64,000 nt of DNA. Source: Bacteroidia bacterium. Lineage in GTDB: Bacteria > Bacteroidota > Bacteroidia > 2-12-FULL-35-15. Positions 20,732 through 30,580 of this stretch are shown piece after piece. Location of the stretch: the NCBI GenBank assembly GCA_016786925.1, contig JAEUTU010000124.1:800-64799 (forward strand). Direction: 5' to 3'. Made by a program: the position numbers and the translations under genes. The notes below the pieces were generated by a model, which saw nothing but the letters and a program-made list of their open reading frames with translations, did no database searches and had not been told where the DNA came from. The stretch's first letter is position 1; every line of letters begins with the position of its first letter.

Positions 20732-23700
20732 ATGAATAAATTTACTTTTATGCGTTCTATTGCATTAGGCTCCGGGCTTGTGTTTGGAGTTGTTAATGCA
20801 AACGCACAATTTGGGTTTACCAACTCAAATTCCAGATTAACTCCCACTACTATGCGTAGTGGAAATTGTATAACAGTTGTTGATGTTAACAACGATGGGC
20901 TTGACGATATCGTTCGTATGGACGACTCCAGAGACCTATGGGTTGATCTTCAACAAAGAAATGGAAATTTCACTTCTTACAATGTAGGAAATGTTTCAGG
21001 CTCTAATGTTTGGGGTATGGCTGTTGCCGACTTTGACCACAATGGATGGAAAGATGTTGTAACCGGACCAAATGGCTCTGTTTATTTAGCAAAACTTTCC
21101 TGGAACGGTTCTGCCGTTGTCAAAACACAATCTACGCTTTCTAATTCTAACTTCTTTACTCAAAACATCACTTGTGGTGACTTTAATAATGATGGTTGGG
21201 ATGATGTGTATGTTTGTGATGATAACGCATATGCTAAAGTATACATGAATGATGGTGCAGGAAACCTACAATTCTTGGCACACTCTACAACATCCATGAC
21301 TATTGGAACGGGATCAAAAAGCTTTACTATTCAAACGGGCCTAGCCTTCACTGTTGGTCAAACCGTTAAAGTTGGTTACGATGGAACAAAATACATGACA
21401 GGAACGGTTACTTCCTACAACTCCGGAACAGGAGCAATGGTGGTGAATGTAACTTCAGTTGTGGGGTCCGGAACATTCCCAACATGGTCTGTTCATTCAA
21501 ATATTGTATTTAACCACCAACTGAGCACAACAACCTATGGTGGCGACCCTGCCGACTCTGGTAATTACGGAAGTGCTTGGGTTGATTTTGACAATGATGG
21601 CGACTTAGATTTTTATGTGGCTCATTGTCGTCAGGCATCTACAAGTGTTACCGACCTAAGAAGAAAAGACCGTTTGTTTGTAAATGATGGGAACGGAAAC
21701 TTCACAGACATGGCTTCTGCACATGGAATTGAGGCTGGTGACTACAATCAGACCTGGACAGGAAGCTTTGGTGATATTGACAATGATGGCGACTTTGATC
21801 TTTTGGTTACTAACCATGATATTGCCAGCCAGATCTTTGAAAATGATGGAACAGGGAACTATACCGACATTACTCCTACAACCGGATTCTCAACAACCGG
21901 AGCGGGAACTCAACCAATCGAGTCCTATTTTGAAGACTTTGATAACGATGGTTTTGTAGACATCTTTGTTACCGGCTCTAATTTTGTTCTTTACAAAAAC
22001 AACGGAAACAAAACATTCTCTTTGGTAGGAAATGCAGGAATGTCACAAACCGGAGGAATGGTTTCATTTGCTGTTGGCGATTTGAACCATGATGGTTTCT
22101 CTGATATATTTGCTTCTTATGGCGATATCTACAACAGTCCTTCAGCCTCTACTAATGATGTTCTTTATTTGAACAACAAAAACGCAAATCACTTTATTAC
22201 ATTTGCTTTAACAGGAACCGTTAGTAATCACGATGCTATTGGAGCGCGCGTTACCATCTTTGGTGCTTTTGGAACCCAAATTCGTGAAGTTCGTGCCGGA
22301 GAAAGCTATGGTACCGTTAACTCATTCAACCTACACTTTGGTTTAGGAGCAAACACAACAATTGACTCTGCACGAATCGATTGGCCATCAGGCAATACAA
22401 CCAACTTCGGTTCTTTAAATGCTGATCAATTTGTATCTGTTGTTGAGGGCACTTGCAGCATCACAAACAATACAATTCCCGGCCCATACAATTTATGTAC
22501 AGGTCAGTCATTAACATTAACTGCTAATGGCGGCTTTGCTTCTTACAACTGGAATACAGGGGCTACAACACAGTCTGTTACAACAAGCACAACAGGAAAC
22601 TTTAATGTTATGGTAACAAACGGTGCTTGTTCAAATGTTTCTCCTTCAGTTAGTGTTCAGCTAAACCCTGACGAAACACCAAGCGTAACACAATCGGGCA
22701 GCAACTCTTGTCAAGGAACAATTACACTTACAAGCTCTACTGCTGCTGGATATACTTGGTCCGGACCGGGTGGATTCACTTCAACATCACAATCTATTAA
22801 TCCTCCTGTTTCAGGTAATTATTCCGTTACAATTCAAGGGTTTTGTGCTACATTCACTTCTCCGGCATACAATGCTGTAGTTAGCGCAGCTCCGGCACCA
22901 ACAGGTGTTGACCAATCTAGCCCAACACCAACATCATTCAACCTAAACGCTACCGGCACCAACTCATCAAACATTTCTTGGTACGACCAAGCAACAGGTG
23001 GAACATTATTAGGAACCGGTGCAAACTATACTACTCCTGTGATCAGCACAACAACAAATTATTTTGTTGAAGAAAGCTTCACTTATGCAAGCGCTCCACA
23101 AACAACTGGACAGCTGTACCACACAGGAGCAAGCAACTATAACACCAGTTTGAATGGCGGTGTTGATTTTACCGTAATAGCACCATGTACATTAAACACT
23201 GTTAAGGTTTATTCTTCAACTGCTGGAGCACGTAAAATTTTACTTAAAAATTCAGTTGGGGCTAATATTGACTCGGTTATTGTTAATATTCCTATAGACA
23301 CAAGCGTTGTTACTTTAAATCTTGCTTTAACTCCAGGAACAGGCTACCGCTTAACAACAGACCAAACAACCAATCAAACTAATTTTGGTGGTATTTCGCC
23401 TGCTCTAAGAAGAAGTCAATCTGGGGCTGCTTATCCATACTCTTTAAGTGGTTTAATTAACATCACAAATGGTTGGACAGGATCCGCTTCTACAACCAAC
23501 GCTTACTATTACTTCTACGACTGGAAAGTACAAGGAGCACCAATGACATGTATCAGCGATAGAGATACTGTAACTGCTGCTATCAACACTGCAACAGGAA
23601 TAGACAATGCATCATTAAACAACGCAATCGCTATTTATCCTAACCCGGCAAATGCTTCCGTTAATGTTAAATTTGAGTCTGCACTTGCTGCCGGTGCTCA

Positions 23701-23872
23701 GATCAACATTACTGATATTGCTGGTAGAGTGATCTTGGCAAACAATGTTCAAAATGTGAACCAAGGACAAATTGTTTCATTAAACATTGAAAACATTAAT
23801 GCAGGAACTTACTTCATAACTGTAAGATCTGAAAACAAAAACACGGTTCAAAAACTGATCATTACCAAATAA
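20732..23872 (+). CDS. CRTAC1-family protein (FG-GAP/VCBS repeats + ASPIC/UnbV domain) with T9SS C-terminal sorting domain
   Basis: Repeated D.DGD.D motifs are present (VDFDNDGDLDFYVAH, GDIDNDGDFDLLVTNH). An UnbV_ASPIC-like segment (IGARVTIFGAFGTQIREVRAGESYGT) follows, and the C-terminus AIYPNPANASVNV ... GTYFITVRS is a Por CTD. Confidence 0.75.
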   Translation: MNKFTFMRSIALGSGLVFGVVNANAQFGFTNSNSRLTPTTMRSGNCITVVDVNNDGLDDIVRMDDSRDLWVDLQQRNGNFTSYNVGNVSGSNVWGMAVADFDHNGWKDVVTGPNGSVYLAKLSWNGSAVVKTQSTLSNSNFFTQNITCGDFNNDGWDDVYVCDDNAYAKVYMNDGAGNLQFLAHSTTSMTIGTGSKSFTIQTGLAFTVGQTVKVGYDGTKYMTGTVTSYNSGTGAMVVNVTSVVGSGTFPTWSVHSNIVFNHQLSTTTYGGDPADSGNYGSAWVDFDNDGDLDFYVAHCRQASTSVTDLRRKDRLFVNDGNGNFTDMASAHGIEAGDYNQTWTGSFGDIDNDGDFDLLVTNHDIASQIFENDGTGNYTDITPTTGFSTTGAGTQPIESYFEDFDNDGFVDIFVTGSNFVLYKNNGNKTFSLVGNAGMSQTGGMVSFAVGDLNHDGFSDIFASYGDIYNSPSASTNDVLYLNNKNANHFITFALTGTVSNHDAIGARVTIFGAFGTQIREVRAGESYGTVNSFNLHFGLGANTTIDSARIDWPSGNTTNFGSLNADQFVSVVEGTCSITNNTIPGPYNLCTGQSLTLTANGGFASYNWNTGATTQSVTTSTTGNFNVMVTNGACSNVSPSVSVQLNPDETPSVTQSGSNSCQGTITLTSSTAAGYTWSGPGGFTSTSQSINPPVSGNYSVTIQGFCATFTSPAYNAVVSAAPAPTGVDQSSPTPTSFNLNATGTNSSNISWYDQATGGTLLGTGANYTTPVISTTTNYFVEESFTYASAPQTTGQLYHTGASNYNTSLNGGVDFTVIAPCTLNTVKVYSSTAGARKILLKNSVGANIDSVIVNIPIDTSVVTLNLALTPGTGYRLTTDQTTNQTNFGGISPALRRSQSGAAYPYSLSGLINITNGWTGSASTTNAYYYFYDWKVQGAPMTCISDRDTVTAAINTATGIDNASLNNAIAIYPNPANASVNVKFESALAAGAQINITDIAGRVILANNVQNVNQGQIVSLNIENINAGTYFITVRSENKNTVQKLIITK

Positions 23873-23890
23873 TCTGTTTTTAAAACAAAC

Positions 23891-23929
23891 AAAAACGCTC
23901 TGACAAAACTGTTAGAGCGTTTTTGTTTC
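23891..23929 (+). terminator. Bidirectional rho-independent terminator
   Basis: AAAAACGCTCTGACAAAACTGTTAGAGCGTTTTTG forms a stem flanked by an A-run and a T-run. Confidence 0.7.
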
Positions 23930-23975
23930 TACCATTCCGATATTTCACTTATTTTTGATCTATAAATCCATAATT

Positions 23976-25139
23976 ATGAAAACGCTTAAAAAAATTGGCA
24001 AATGGTTTTTGATCATGCTAGTTGTGCTAAACCTTGCTATTCTCATTTCCGGGAAAACCTATTTATACAAGGGTATTGCCAACACCTATTTAAAGGGGCG
24101 ATCTGGTCCAAGCATTGATGAATTTGGTATTTTCGAGAATAGAGATGTGGCCGCTGGAAACCACCAAGCTTGGAAAAAATCAACAAAATATAACAGCGCC
24201 AAAATACCAGCCTCACTTGAAAAAAATTTTTCTGATCTAGGAACCGTTGCTTTTGTGGTGATCAAAAACGACTCTCTTATCCACGAACAATATTGGGATG
24301 GATATAACGAAGACTCTCATAGCAACTCCTTTTCAATGGCAAAAACATTTGTTGGAATTTTGATCGGTGCAGCAATTGACGAAGGAAAGATCAAAAGCTT
24401 AGACCAACCCATAGGCGATTTTCTGCCCGAGTTTCGAGAAGGAAACAATAGCAAAATAACGATCAAACATCTTCTTACAATGAGCTCCGGGATCAATTTT
24501 GACGAAGATTATGTAAACCCTCTTGCTTATCCCGCACAGGCGTATTATGGAACAGAGATCAAAGAACTAACATTGGGTTACGAAGCGCTAGAGGAACCGG
24601 GAAAAACATTTAAATACCTTAGTGGTAATTCTGAACTATTAGGAATGATCATAGAAAAGGCTACAGGAAAAACGCTAAGCGAATATATGTCCGAAAAGCT
24701 GTGGAAGCCGCTCGGAGCAAAAAACGCAGCAAAATGGAGCCTTGATCATAAAGATGGAATGGAAAAGGCCTATTGTTGTTTTAACTCCAATGCGCCCGAC
24801 TTTGCAAGAATTGGGCAGTTGTATTTGGATTCCGGCAAATGGAATGGAAATCAATTGATCAACCAAGAATTTGTAATGAACTCCATTATTCCAGCTGATC
24901 TGGCAGATGAAGGCGGAAGAAATCAACGCTACGGTTATGCGTGGTGGCTGATCCCTGATTACAAAATAAAAGGCATTTACTATGCACGAGGCATTCTTGG
25001 CCAATATATTCTGTGTATTCCGGAAAAAGATATGGTGGTTGTACGTTTAGGCAAAAAGAGAGAAAAGCCAAGCGGCAACGAAACGCCAAAAGATGTAATG
25101 TATTATTTGGATGCAGCCATCGAAATGTATGGCAAATAA
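23976..25139 (+). CDS. Serine hydrolase, beta-lactamase (class C / PBP-like) family
   Basis: An N-terminal TM helix is followed by the S-x-x-K motif (FSMAKTF) and downstream YxN / KTG-like elements. Confidence 0.65.
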   Translation: MKTLKKIGKWFLIMLVVLNLAILISGKTYLYKGIANTYLKGRSGPSIDEFGIFENRDVAAGNHQAWKKSTKYNSAKIPASLEKNFSDLGTVAFVVIKNDSLIHEQYWDGYNEDSHSNSFSMAKTFVGILIGAAIDEGKIKSLDQPIGDFLPEFREGNNSKITIKHLLTMSSGINFDEDYVNPLAYPAQAYYGTEIKELTLGYEALEEPGKTFKYLSGNSELLGMIIEKATGKTLSEYMSEKLWKPLGAKNAAKWSLDHKDGMEKAYCCFNSNAPDFARIGQLYLDSGKWNGNQLINQEFVMNSIIPADLADEGGRNQRYGYAWWLIPDYKIKGIYYARGILGQYILCIPEKDMVVVRLGKKREKPSGNETPKDVMYYLDAAIEMYGK

Positions 25140-25159
25140 GCCATTAGAATGATTTTTTT

Positions 25160-25564
25160 ATGAAAAAGGACATTGCCCCTCCCACAGTAGAAGATGTTGC
25201 TGTAGCGGTTGTTAAAGAAGAAAATGAATTAGCTGAACCCGTTTGGAATGTTTATCTGATCAATTTGAAAAAACAGGACATTGAAGGCGTTTTGGCTACC
25301 TCCCACGGATATGGTCAGCACAATGGCGAAGAGGTTAAAACATCCACGCTTCGTCATTTTTTGGATATTGTGAAGTCAAAAAGCTTTTCGAAAATAGAGC
25401 CGATCGATGAATCCGTTTTTGGGTTAAATAACGAGTACTGGGTTAGTTTTTTTCAGAACAGCATAATGTATGATAAAAAATACATCTTTCTACCGGAAAC
25501 GATCAAAGAAGAAAACTTTATCCTTATCCCCTACATCAACAAAAAGGGCGTTTTGATAAAATAA
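25160..25564 (+). CDS. Hypothetical protein
   Basis: 134-aa ORF with no family recognised. Confidence 0.4.
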   Translation: MKKDIAPPTVEDVAVAVVKEENELAEPVWNVYLINLKKQDIEGVLATSHGYGQHNGEEVKTSTLRHFLDIVKSKSFSKIEPIDESVFGLNNEYWVSFFQNSIMYDKKYIFLPETIKEENFILIPYINKKGVLIK

Positions 25565-25610
25565 ACGAAAGGCAACTTCCGTTCCCAGTGAATATCAAAA
25601 ACAAACGCAC

Positions 25611-26066
25611 ATGAAATCAACCTTGATCCTTCTTATCGCTCTTTTCGTTTGGCCACAGACTCAAGAAACACCAGAAGTCAACAAAAAAATTATTGCCTTT
25701 TGTGATAAGTACATGGGAAAGAAAGTTGGTAAGGGCGAATGCTGGGATCTTGCAGCAGAAGCGCTGAACAGCTCCGGAGCAAAATGGACGTCTCCCTATG
25801 GGTTTGGACAAGAGCTGAATGCCAACAAAGACGCTGTTCTTCCCGGAGACATTATTCAATTTGAAAAAGTTAAACTGGTATATCCTGATGGTAGTTGGAA
25901 AGAATTTCCACAACACACCGCTGTTATTTACAAGGTGACAGGCAAGAATCACTATACAATAGCCGAACAAAACTCGAACAGAAAACGGTTTGTGATCCTT
26001 TCGGATGTGGATATGAATCATCTTAAAAAGGGGAAATATTCTATCTTTCGACCCCAGACCAATTAA
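25611..26066 (+). CDS. Secreted CHAP-like (Cys/His amidohydrolase/peptidase) domain protein, tentative
   Basis: A signal peptide is followed by GECWDLAAEAL (candidate nucleophile Cys) and HTAVIYKV (candidate His), with spacing compatible with a CHAP/NlpC-like fold. Confidence 0.35.
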   Translation: MKSTLILLIALFVWPQTQETPEVNKKIIAFCDKYMGKKVGKGECWDLAAEALNSSGAKWTSPYGFGQELNANKDAVLPGDIIQFEKVKLVYPDGSWKEFPQHTAVIYKVTGKNHYTIAEQNSNRKRFVILSDVDMNHLKKGKYSIFRPQTN

Positions 26067-26135
26067 ACCTTTTTATCCCGATATAGTCGTTATGGCCAGT
26101 GTTTTTTTTAGTTTCTTTTTTGAACAAAAACAAAT

Positions 26136-26684
26136 TTGAATTTCGAAGAGATATATACTGCTCATAGCAAAATGGTTTTTAACCTTGCGCTTCAATATGT
26201 ACAAAACATTGAAGATGCGGAGGAAATAACACAAGATGTTTTTGTTTCTATTCATCAATCTTATTCCGGCTTCAAAGAAGAGTCCTCCATCAAAACCTGG
26301 ATATACCGGATAACGATCAATAAATCGCTTGATCATATCCGCTCCAAAAAAAGGAAAAAAAGATTCGCCTTCTTTACCAGTCTTTTTTTTGAAGATAACA
26401 ATACGCTAAAGCACGAGCCCTCCTCGTTCGACCACCCGGGTGTTCTGATGGAAGACAAAGAGTCTATCAAGGCTATTTTTCAAAAAATAAATGAGCTGCC
26501 CGACAATCAGAAAACAGCGCTCATCTTACACAAAATAGAACAAAAAACACAGGCCGAAGTGGGAGAGATAATGAACCTAAGCACCAAAGCGGTTGAATCG
26601 CTTATTCAACGAGCAAAGGCTGGTCTATTAAAAAAAATAGACAACACCGAGGGGAATGATTCAAAAAATCGTCTAAACCAATAA
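26136..26684 (+). CDS. RNA polymerase ECF-type sigma-70 factor
   Basis: Sigma70 region 2 (FNLALQYVQNIEDAEEITQDVFV, WIYRITIN) and region 4 (ELPDNQKTALILHKIEQKTQAEVGEIMNLSTKAVESLIQRA) are recognisable. The candidate start at 26136 is TTG. An anti-sigma gene follows. Confidence 0.85.
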   Translation: MNFEEIYTAHSKMVFNLALQYVQNIEDAEEITQDVFVSIHQSYSGFKEESSIKTWIYRITINKSLDHIRSKKRKKRFAFFTSLFFEDNNTLKHEPSSFDHPGVLMEDKESIKAIFQKINELPDNQKTALILHKIEQKTQAEVGEIMNLSTKAVESLIQRAKAGLLKKIDNTEGNDSKNRLNQ

Positions 26685-26691
26685 TTGAGAC

Positions 26692-26946
26692 ATGAATATA
26701 GATGATCTACATAAAATAAAAGCCGTTGACGTTTCTCCTTTTTTATATACGAGAATACAACAACGCATAAAGGACAGCGCAACAGACCTTGTCCCAAAAA
26801 AGCTTGTTTGGACCGTTAGCCTTTCTATGTTTGCAATTCTTTTTGTTAATGCCGGAGCCATTGTTTGGGTGGCAAAAAAGAATCATAAAACAAATACTGT
26901 TGTTGAATCAATGGGTTTGATGCCCGACAATGAATTATACAAATGA
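26692..26946 (+). CDS. Putative anti-sigma factor (small single-pass membrane protein)
   Basis: 84 aa with one TM helix (VWTVSLSMFAILFVNAGAIVWVA), lying directly after the ECF sigma and overlapping the next gene by 4 nt. Confidence 0.5.
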   Translation: MNIDDLHKIKAVDVSPFLYTRIQQRIKDSATDLVPKKLVWTVSLSMFAILFVNAGAIVWVAKKNHKTNTVVESMGLMPDNELYK

Positions 26947-27407
26947 ACTCTAAAAACCTATTAACAATAACCACCATCGGCCTTTTCATAACAAATATTG
27001 TTTTGTTGTGGTTCCTGGTATCGGGCCGTCCACAGCATCATGGGCCGGCAGGAGGCGGAGGACCCAGAAATATCATTATTGAAAAACTGAAGTTTGACAA
27101 GGCACAACAAGTCGCGTTTGAGTCTTTGATTCAGAAACACAGACAAGATATCGATCGTTCGCAAGCAAAAATGATCGAAATAAAAAACAAGCTTTATACA
27201 ACACTTACCAATACCGACAATGTTGTTAAAGACTCTTTGGTTATTAAGCTTGGTAACCTTCAAAAAGAAATTGAAACGATCCACTACAATCACTTTGTAG
27301 ATATCAAAAACCTTTGTAAACCGGAACAAAAGCCACTTTTCGAGGAGCTTAGTCATGAAATAGCAAGGCTGTTTGCGCCTCCACATCCACCTAAACACAA
27401 ACCCTAG
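26943..27407 (+). CDS. Periplasmic Spy/CpxP-like (LTxxQ-motif) heavy-metal/envelope-stress protein
   Basis: An N-terminal TM/signal region is followed by a helical protein with repeated xxxQ motifs (KFDKAQQ, ESLIQKHRQ) and a His/Pro-rich tail (PPHPPKHKP). Confidence 0.5.
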   Translation: MNSKNLLTITTIGLFITNIVLLWFLVSGRPQHHGPAGGGGPRNIIIEKLKFDKAQQVAFESLIQKHRQDIDRSQAKMIEIKNKLYTTLTNTDNVVKDSLVIKLGNLQKEIETIHYNHFVDIKNLCKPEQKPLFEELSHEIARLFAPPHPPKHKP

Positions 27408-27409
27408 TC

Positions 27410-28108
27410 TTGTTAAGGCTCTTTTTTGCTTTCATAAACGTCATTGCTTTTATCTCCTTTGCTTCTGCTCAAAAGGGGGGCGCAGTTTCTATTACCTTCC
27501 AGCACCAGTATAATGGTAAAATGTTTAACGTATCAGACTCCGGGGCAACAATAAACACAACAAGCGATCTCAAGATAAACGTTTTAAAATATTATGTCTC
27601 TCACATTCGATTGTATTCCAATGGAACGTTAGTGGCTCAGGATCCCGCTTTAGCACACCTGATCGATGCCTCAGACACCAGCTCTAGCACCTGCATAATT
27701 CCCGTTCACAAAAATGTTGTTTATGATGAAATCCGGTTTGATCTTGGAATAGATAGTACAACCAATGTTTCCGGGGTTCTTGGTGGCGACCTGGATCCGA
27801 CAAAAGGCATGTATTGGACCTGGCAAAGTGGATATATTAATTTCAAGCTGGAAGGAAATGCCCAACAATGTACAAACTCAAAGAAAGAATTCATTTTTCA
27901 CATTGGCGGTTACGCCCATCCATACGGCTGTATCCGTGAGGTCTCATTGAAAACAGGTGGGGCCTCAAAAGCCATTGTTGTGCTGGAGCTTAAAACCCTT
28001 TTCGACCACATTCAACTCGACAAAGAAGCAAACATTATGTCACCTTCTCAAAGTGCTGTTTCCTTTTCAAAACTTCTACAAAAGAGCTTTATTGTTAAAG
28101 AACCATGA
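27410..28108 (+). CDS. MbnP-family periplasmic copper-binding protein
   Basis: A signal peptide is followed by the pattern KYYVSHIRLY ... MYWTWQSGYINFKLEG ... HIGGY, which I recognise as MbnP. It is immediately followed by, and overlaps, a di-haem peroxidase gene, the usual MbnH partner. Confidence 0.6.
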   Translation: MLRLFFAFINVIAFISFASAQKGGAVSITFQHQYNGKMFNVSDSGATINTTSDLKINVLKYYVSHIRLYSNGTLVAQDPALAHLIDASDTSSSTCIIPVHKNVVYDEIRFDLGIDSTTNVSGVLGGDLDPTKGMYWTWQSGYINFKLEGNAQQCTNSKKEFIFHIGGYAHPYGCIREVSLKTGGASKAIVVLELKTLFDHIQLDKEANIMSPSQSAVSFSKLLQKSFIVKEP

Positions 28109-29139
28109 AAACCAAAGTCTTTGTGTTCCTTTTTTTATTGATCGTTTTAGCGGGGTTTCACACCGTTAACGACTCTCTTTTTGAAGTACCGAAAGGCTGG
28201 CCCAAACCTCAGCATGACTTTCTAAAAAAACCTTTGTTAAAAGAAACTGTTGAGCTTGGAAGGGCTTTGTTTTATGATCAAATTCTATCCAGAAATAATA
28301 GCGTTTCCTGCGCCAGCTGTCACTCTCAATATACAGCATTCACACATGTTGACCATGCACTAAGCCACGGTATAGACGACCGGATCGGGAAAAGAAATTC
28401 TCCGGCTCTTATGAACCTTGCTTGGCAGAAGTCATTCATGTGGGACGGGGCTGTCAACCATATTGAGGTACAAGCCCTTGCTCCCATTAGCAATCCACTA
28501 GAAATGGATGAGAACATTTCCTCGGTAGTAAAAAAATTAAACGCTACTGTTCAATATCAAAAGCTTTTCTACAAAGCCTTTGGCGACTCAGCCATCACAG
28601 GAGAAAGAACGTTAAAGGCGATCTCACAATTCATGCTAACGCTTGTGTCATCCAATTCGAAATACGATAGCGTTATGAGAAAAGAAACTCATTTCAACGC
28701 TCAAGAAAACAGAGGCTACAACTTATTCAAAAAACACTGTTCTTCTTGTCATACAGAACCGTTATTTACAAATGATCGTTTTGAAAACAACGGACTCCCT
28801 GTTGATACAAGCCTTATGGATAAAGGGCGGTATGCGATCACACAAAATCCCAAAGACTCTCTTTTGTTTAAAGTGCCGACACTTCGAAACATTGAATTCT
28901 CTTATCCCTATATGCATGATGGGAGATTTAAAAAATTATCGGATGTACTAAAACACTATAGCAACGGGATAACACACAGCCCAACGCTTTCTAAAGAGCT
29001 GTTGGGCCCAATAGTTATGACATCCGAAGAACGCGTAGATATCATTGCTTTTCTGTTAACATTAACAGACAAAACATTTCTTTTTGACAAGCGCTTTTCA
29101 TACCCCAAAACTTTTTTCTCTGATCCTGCGAAGGATTAA
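28105..29139 (+). CDS. Di-haem cytochrome c peroxidase (MbnH-like)
   Basis: Two CxxCH motifs (CASCH, CSSCH) sit in the CCP/MauG family arrangement, with the conserved PTLRNI and Y.HDG motifs. Confidence 0.8.
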   Translation: MKTKVFVFLFLLIVLAGFHTVNDSLFEVPKGWPKPQHDFLKKPLLKETVELGRALFYDQILSRNNSVSCASCHSQYTAFTHVDHALSHGIDDRIGKRNSPALMNLAWQKSFMWDGAVNHIEVQALAPISNPLEMDENISSVVKKLNATVQYQKLFYKAFGDSAITGERTLKAISQFMLTLVSSNSKYDSVMRKETHFNAQENRGYNLFKKHCSSCHTEPLFTNDRFENNGLPVDTSLMDKGRYAITQNPKDSLLFKVPTLRNIEFSYPYMHDGRFKKLSDVLKHYSNGITHSPTLSKELLGPIVMTSEERVDIIAFLLTLTDKTFLFDKRFSYPKTFFSDPAKD

Positions 29140-29180
29140 TAAAAGAGAATCGTCTATACACTAAAACCAACATTATAAAA

Positions 29181-30536
29181 ATGAAATTAAAAGGACTTTT
29201 CTTGGCTGCCATGATCACGAACGCTTTGGCTCAGGCGCAAACCAACCCCGCAATTACCGGGTGGATGCAAAACACCACCAATATCATGGGTCGCCACTAT
29301 GTAAGCGGCAACTCCACACCAATCAACGACAATGTATTGGCGAATGTTCAAACCGTTCAATATTCAACAAGCTGGGTATATGTTTCAACGAAGGGAATTC
29401 CGGCTTATATAACAGGGCCTTTTTTAGATGGAAACCCATCTTTGGCAAGCAACCAGAATGCGATCTTTAAGTTTCCTTTGAATCCGGTTCAAAACACAGG
29501 AACGCCAACAGCAACAACAATGGGCAACATTGGTGTTTTTGTGAATGGTGTTGCTCTTTTTGATTATCGTGATGGTGTTTCCTGGAAAAACTCAACCGGT
29601 GCACTTGCCGGAGGACCGCTTGGTGGAACCGGTGATGGGGTTTGGAATAGAGATGCTGTGGTAGCAGAAAAACCGGGATTTGACTGTTCAAAGGGTCATC
29701 CGGCAATGGGAAATTACCATCATCACCAAAATCCAAGCGCTTACAAGCTGGATCAGAACGTGATTTCCACCATTTGTAATCTATACGATTCTGATGGACT
29801 TTACGTGATCGATAGCACTCAACACTCGCCACTTATTGGATTTGCCTATGATGGATTTCCGATATATGGTGCCTATGGATACAAGAATGCAGACGGAACC
29901 GGTGGGATCGTGAGGATGAAATCGAGCTACAGTTTAAGAAGCATATCTGTTAGAACACACTATTTTGATGGCACAGATGTAACCGATGGACCAGCTGTTA
30001 ATGGCACATACCCACTGGGGTATTTCAAAGAAGATTATCAATTCACTTCGCCAACTGCCTCTGATTATTTAGATGAGCACAACGGTCGTTTTTGTGTTAC
30101 TCCCGAGTATCCAGCAGGTATCTATTGCTATTTTGCTACGGTTGATGCCAATTGGAATTCTGCATATCCGTATGCTGTCGGGCCAACATTTTATGGCGTA
30201 AAAACAGCTGCTAAGGTCACATCTATTTCGGAAAGCACAACAACCTACACCGCTCCTGCAACGAGTATTTCTGAGGCTACAAACGATTCATTTGAAGTAA
30301 ATGTTTATCCTAATCCGGCCAATGATTTTATTGCAGTTCAGATCAACGGAATGAACAAAGAAAATTTACTTGTTGAACTTTTTGATGTTACAGGAAAATT
30401 GGTTCAAAGCAATTATTTGTATCAAGGTACAACCATTGCTTTCTTTGATACACAGCGACTTTACAGCGGAGTTTATTTTATTAAACTACATGGATCGGCA
30501 GGAGTTTGCAGCCGGAAAGTAATTATCCAAAAATAA
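29181..30536 (+). CDS. YHYH-domain protein with T9SS C-terminal sorting domain
   Basis: The HPAMGNYHHHQNPSAY and YDGFPIYGAYGY motifs indicate a YHYH family protein. The C-terminus VYPNPANDFIAVQ ... GVYFIKL matches the Por CTD. Confidence 0.7.
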   Translation: MKLKGLFLAAMITNALAQAQTNPAITGWMQNTTNIMGRHYVSGNSTPINDNVLANVQTVQYSTSWVYVSTKGIPAYITGPFLDGNPSLASNQNAIFKFPLNPVQNTGTPTATTMGNIGVFVNGVALFDYRDGVSWKNSTGALAGGPLGGTGDGVWNRDAVVAEKPGFDCSKGHPAMGNYHHHQNPSAYKLDQNVISTICNLYDSDGLYVIDSTQHSPLIGFAYDGFPIYGAYGYKNADGTGGIVRMKSSYSLRSISVRTHYFDGTDVTDGPAVNGTYPLGYFKEDYQFTSPTASDYLDEHNGRFCVTPEYPAGIYCYFATVDANWNSAYPYAVGPTFYGVKTAAKVTSISESTTTYTAPATSISEATNDSFEVNVYPNPANDFIAVQINGMNKENLLVELFDVTGKLVQSNYLYQGTTIAFFDTQRLYSGVYFIKLHGSAGVCSRKVIIQK

Positions 30537-30550
30537 AGCAAGATCAAAAA

Positions 30551-30580
30551 CAAAAGAGCGTCAAATGACGCTCTTTTTTA
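30551..30580. terminator. Bidirectional rho-independent terminator between convergent genes
   Basis: AGAGCGTC-AAAT-GACGCTCT forms a hairpin flanked by A-rich 5' and TTTTTT 3' tracts. Confidence 0.7.
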
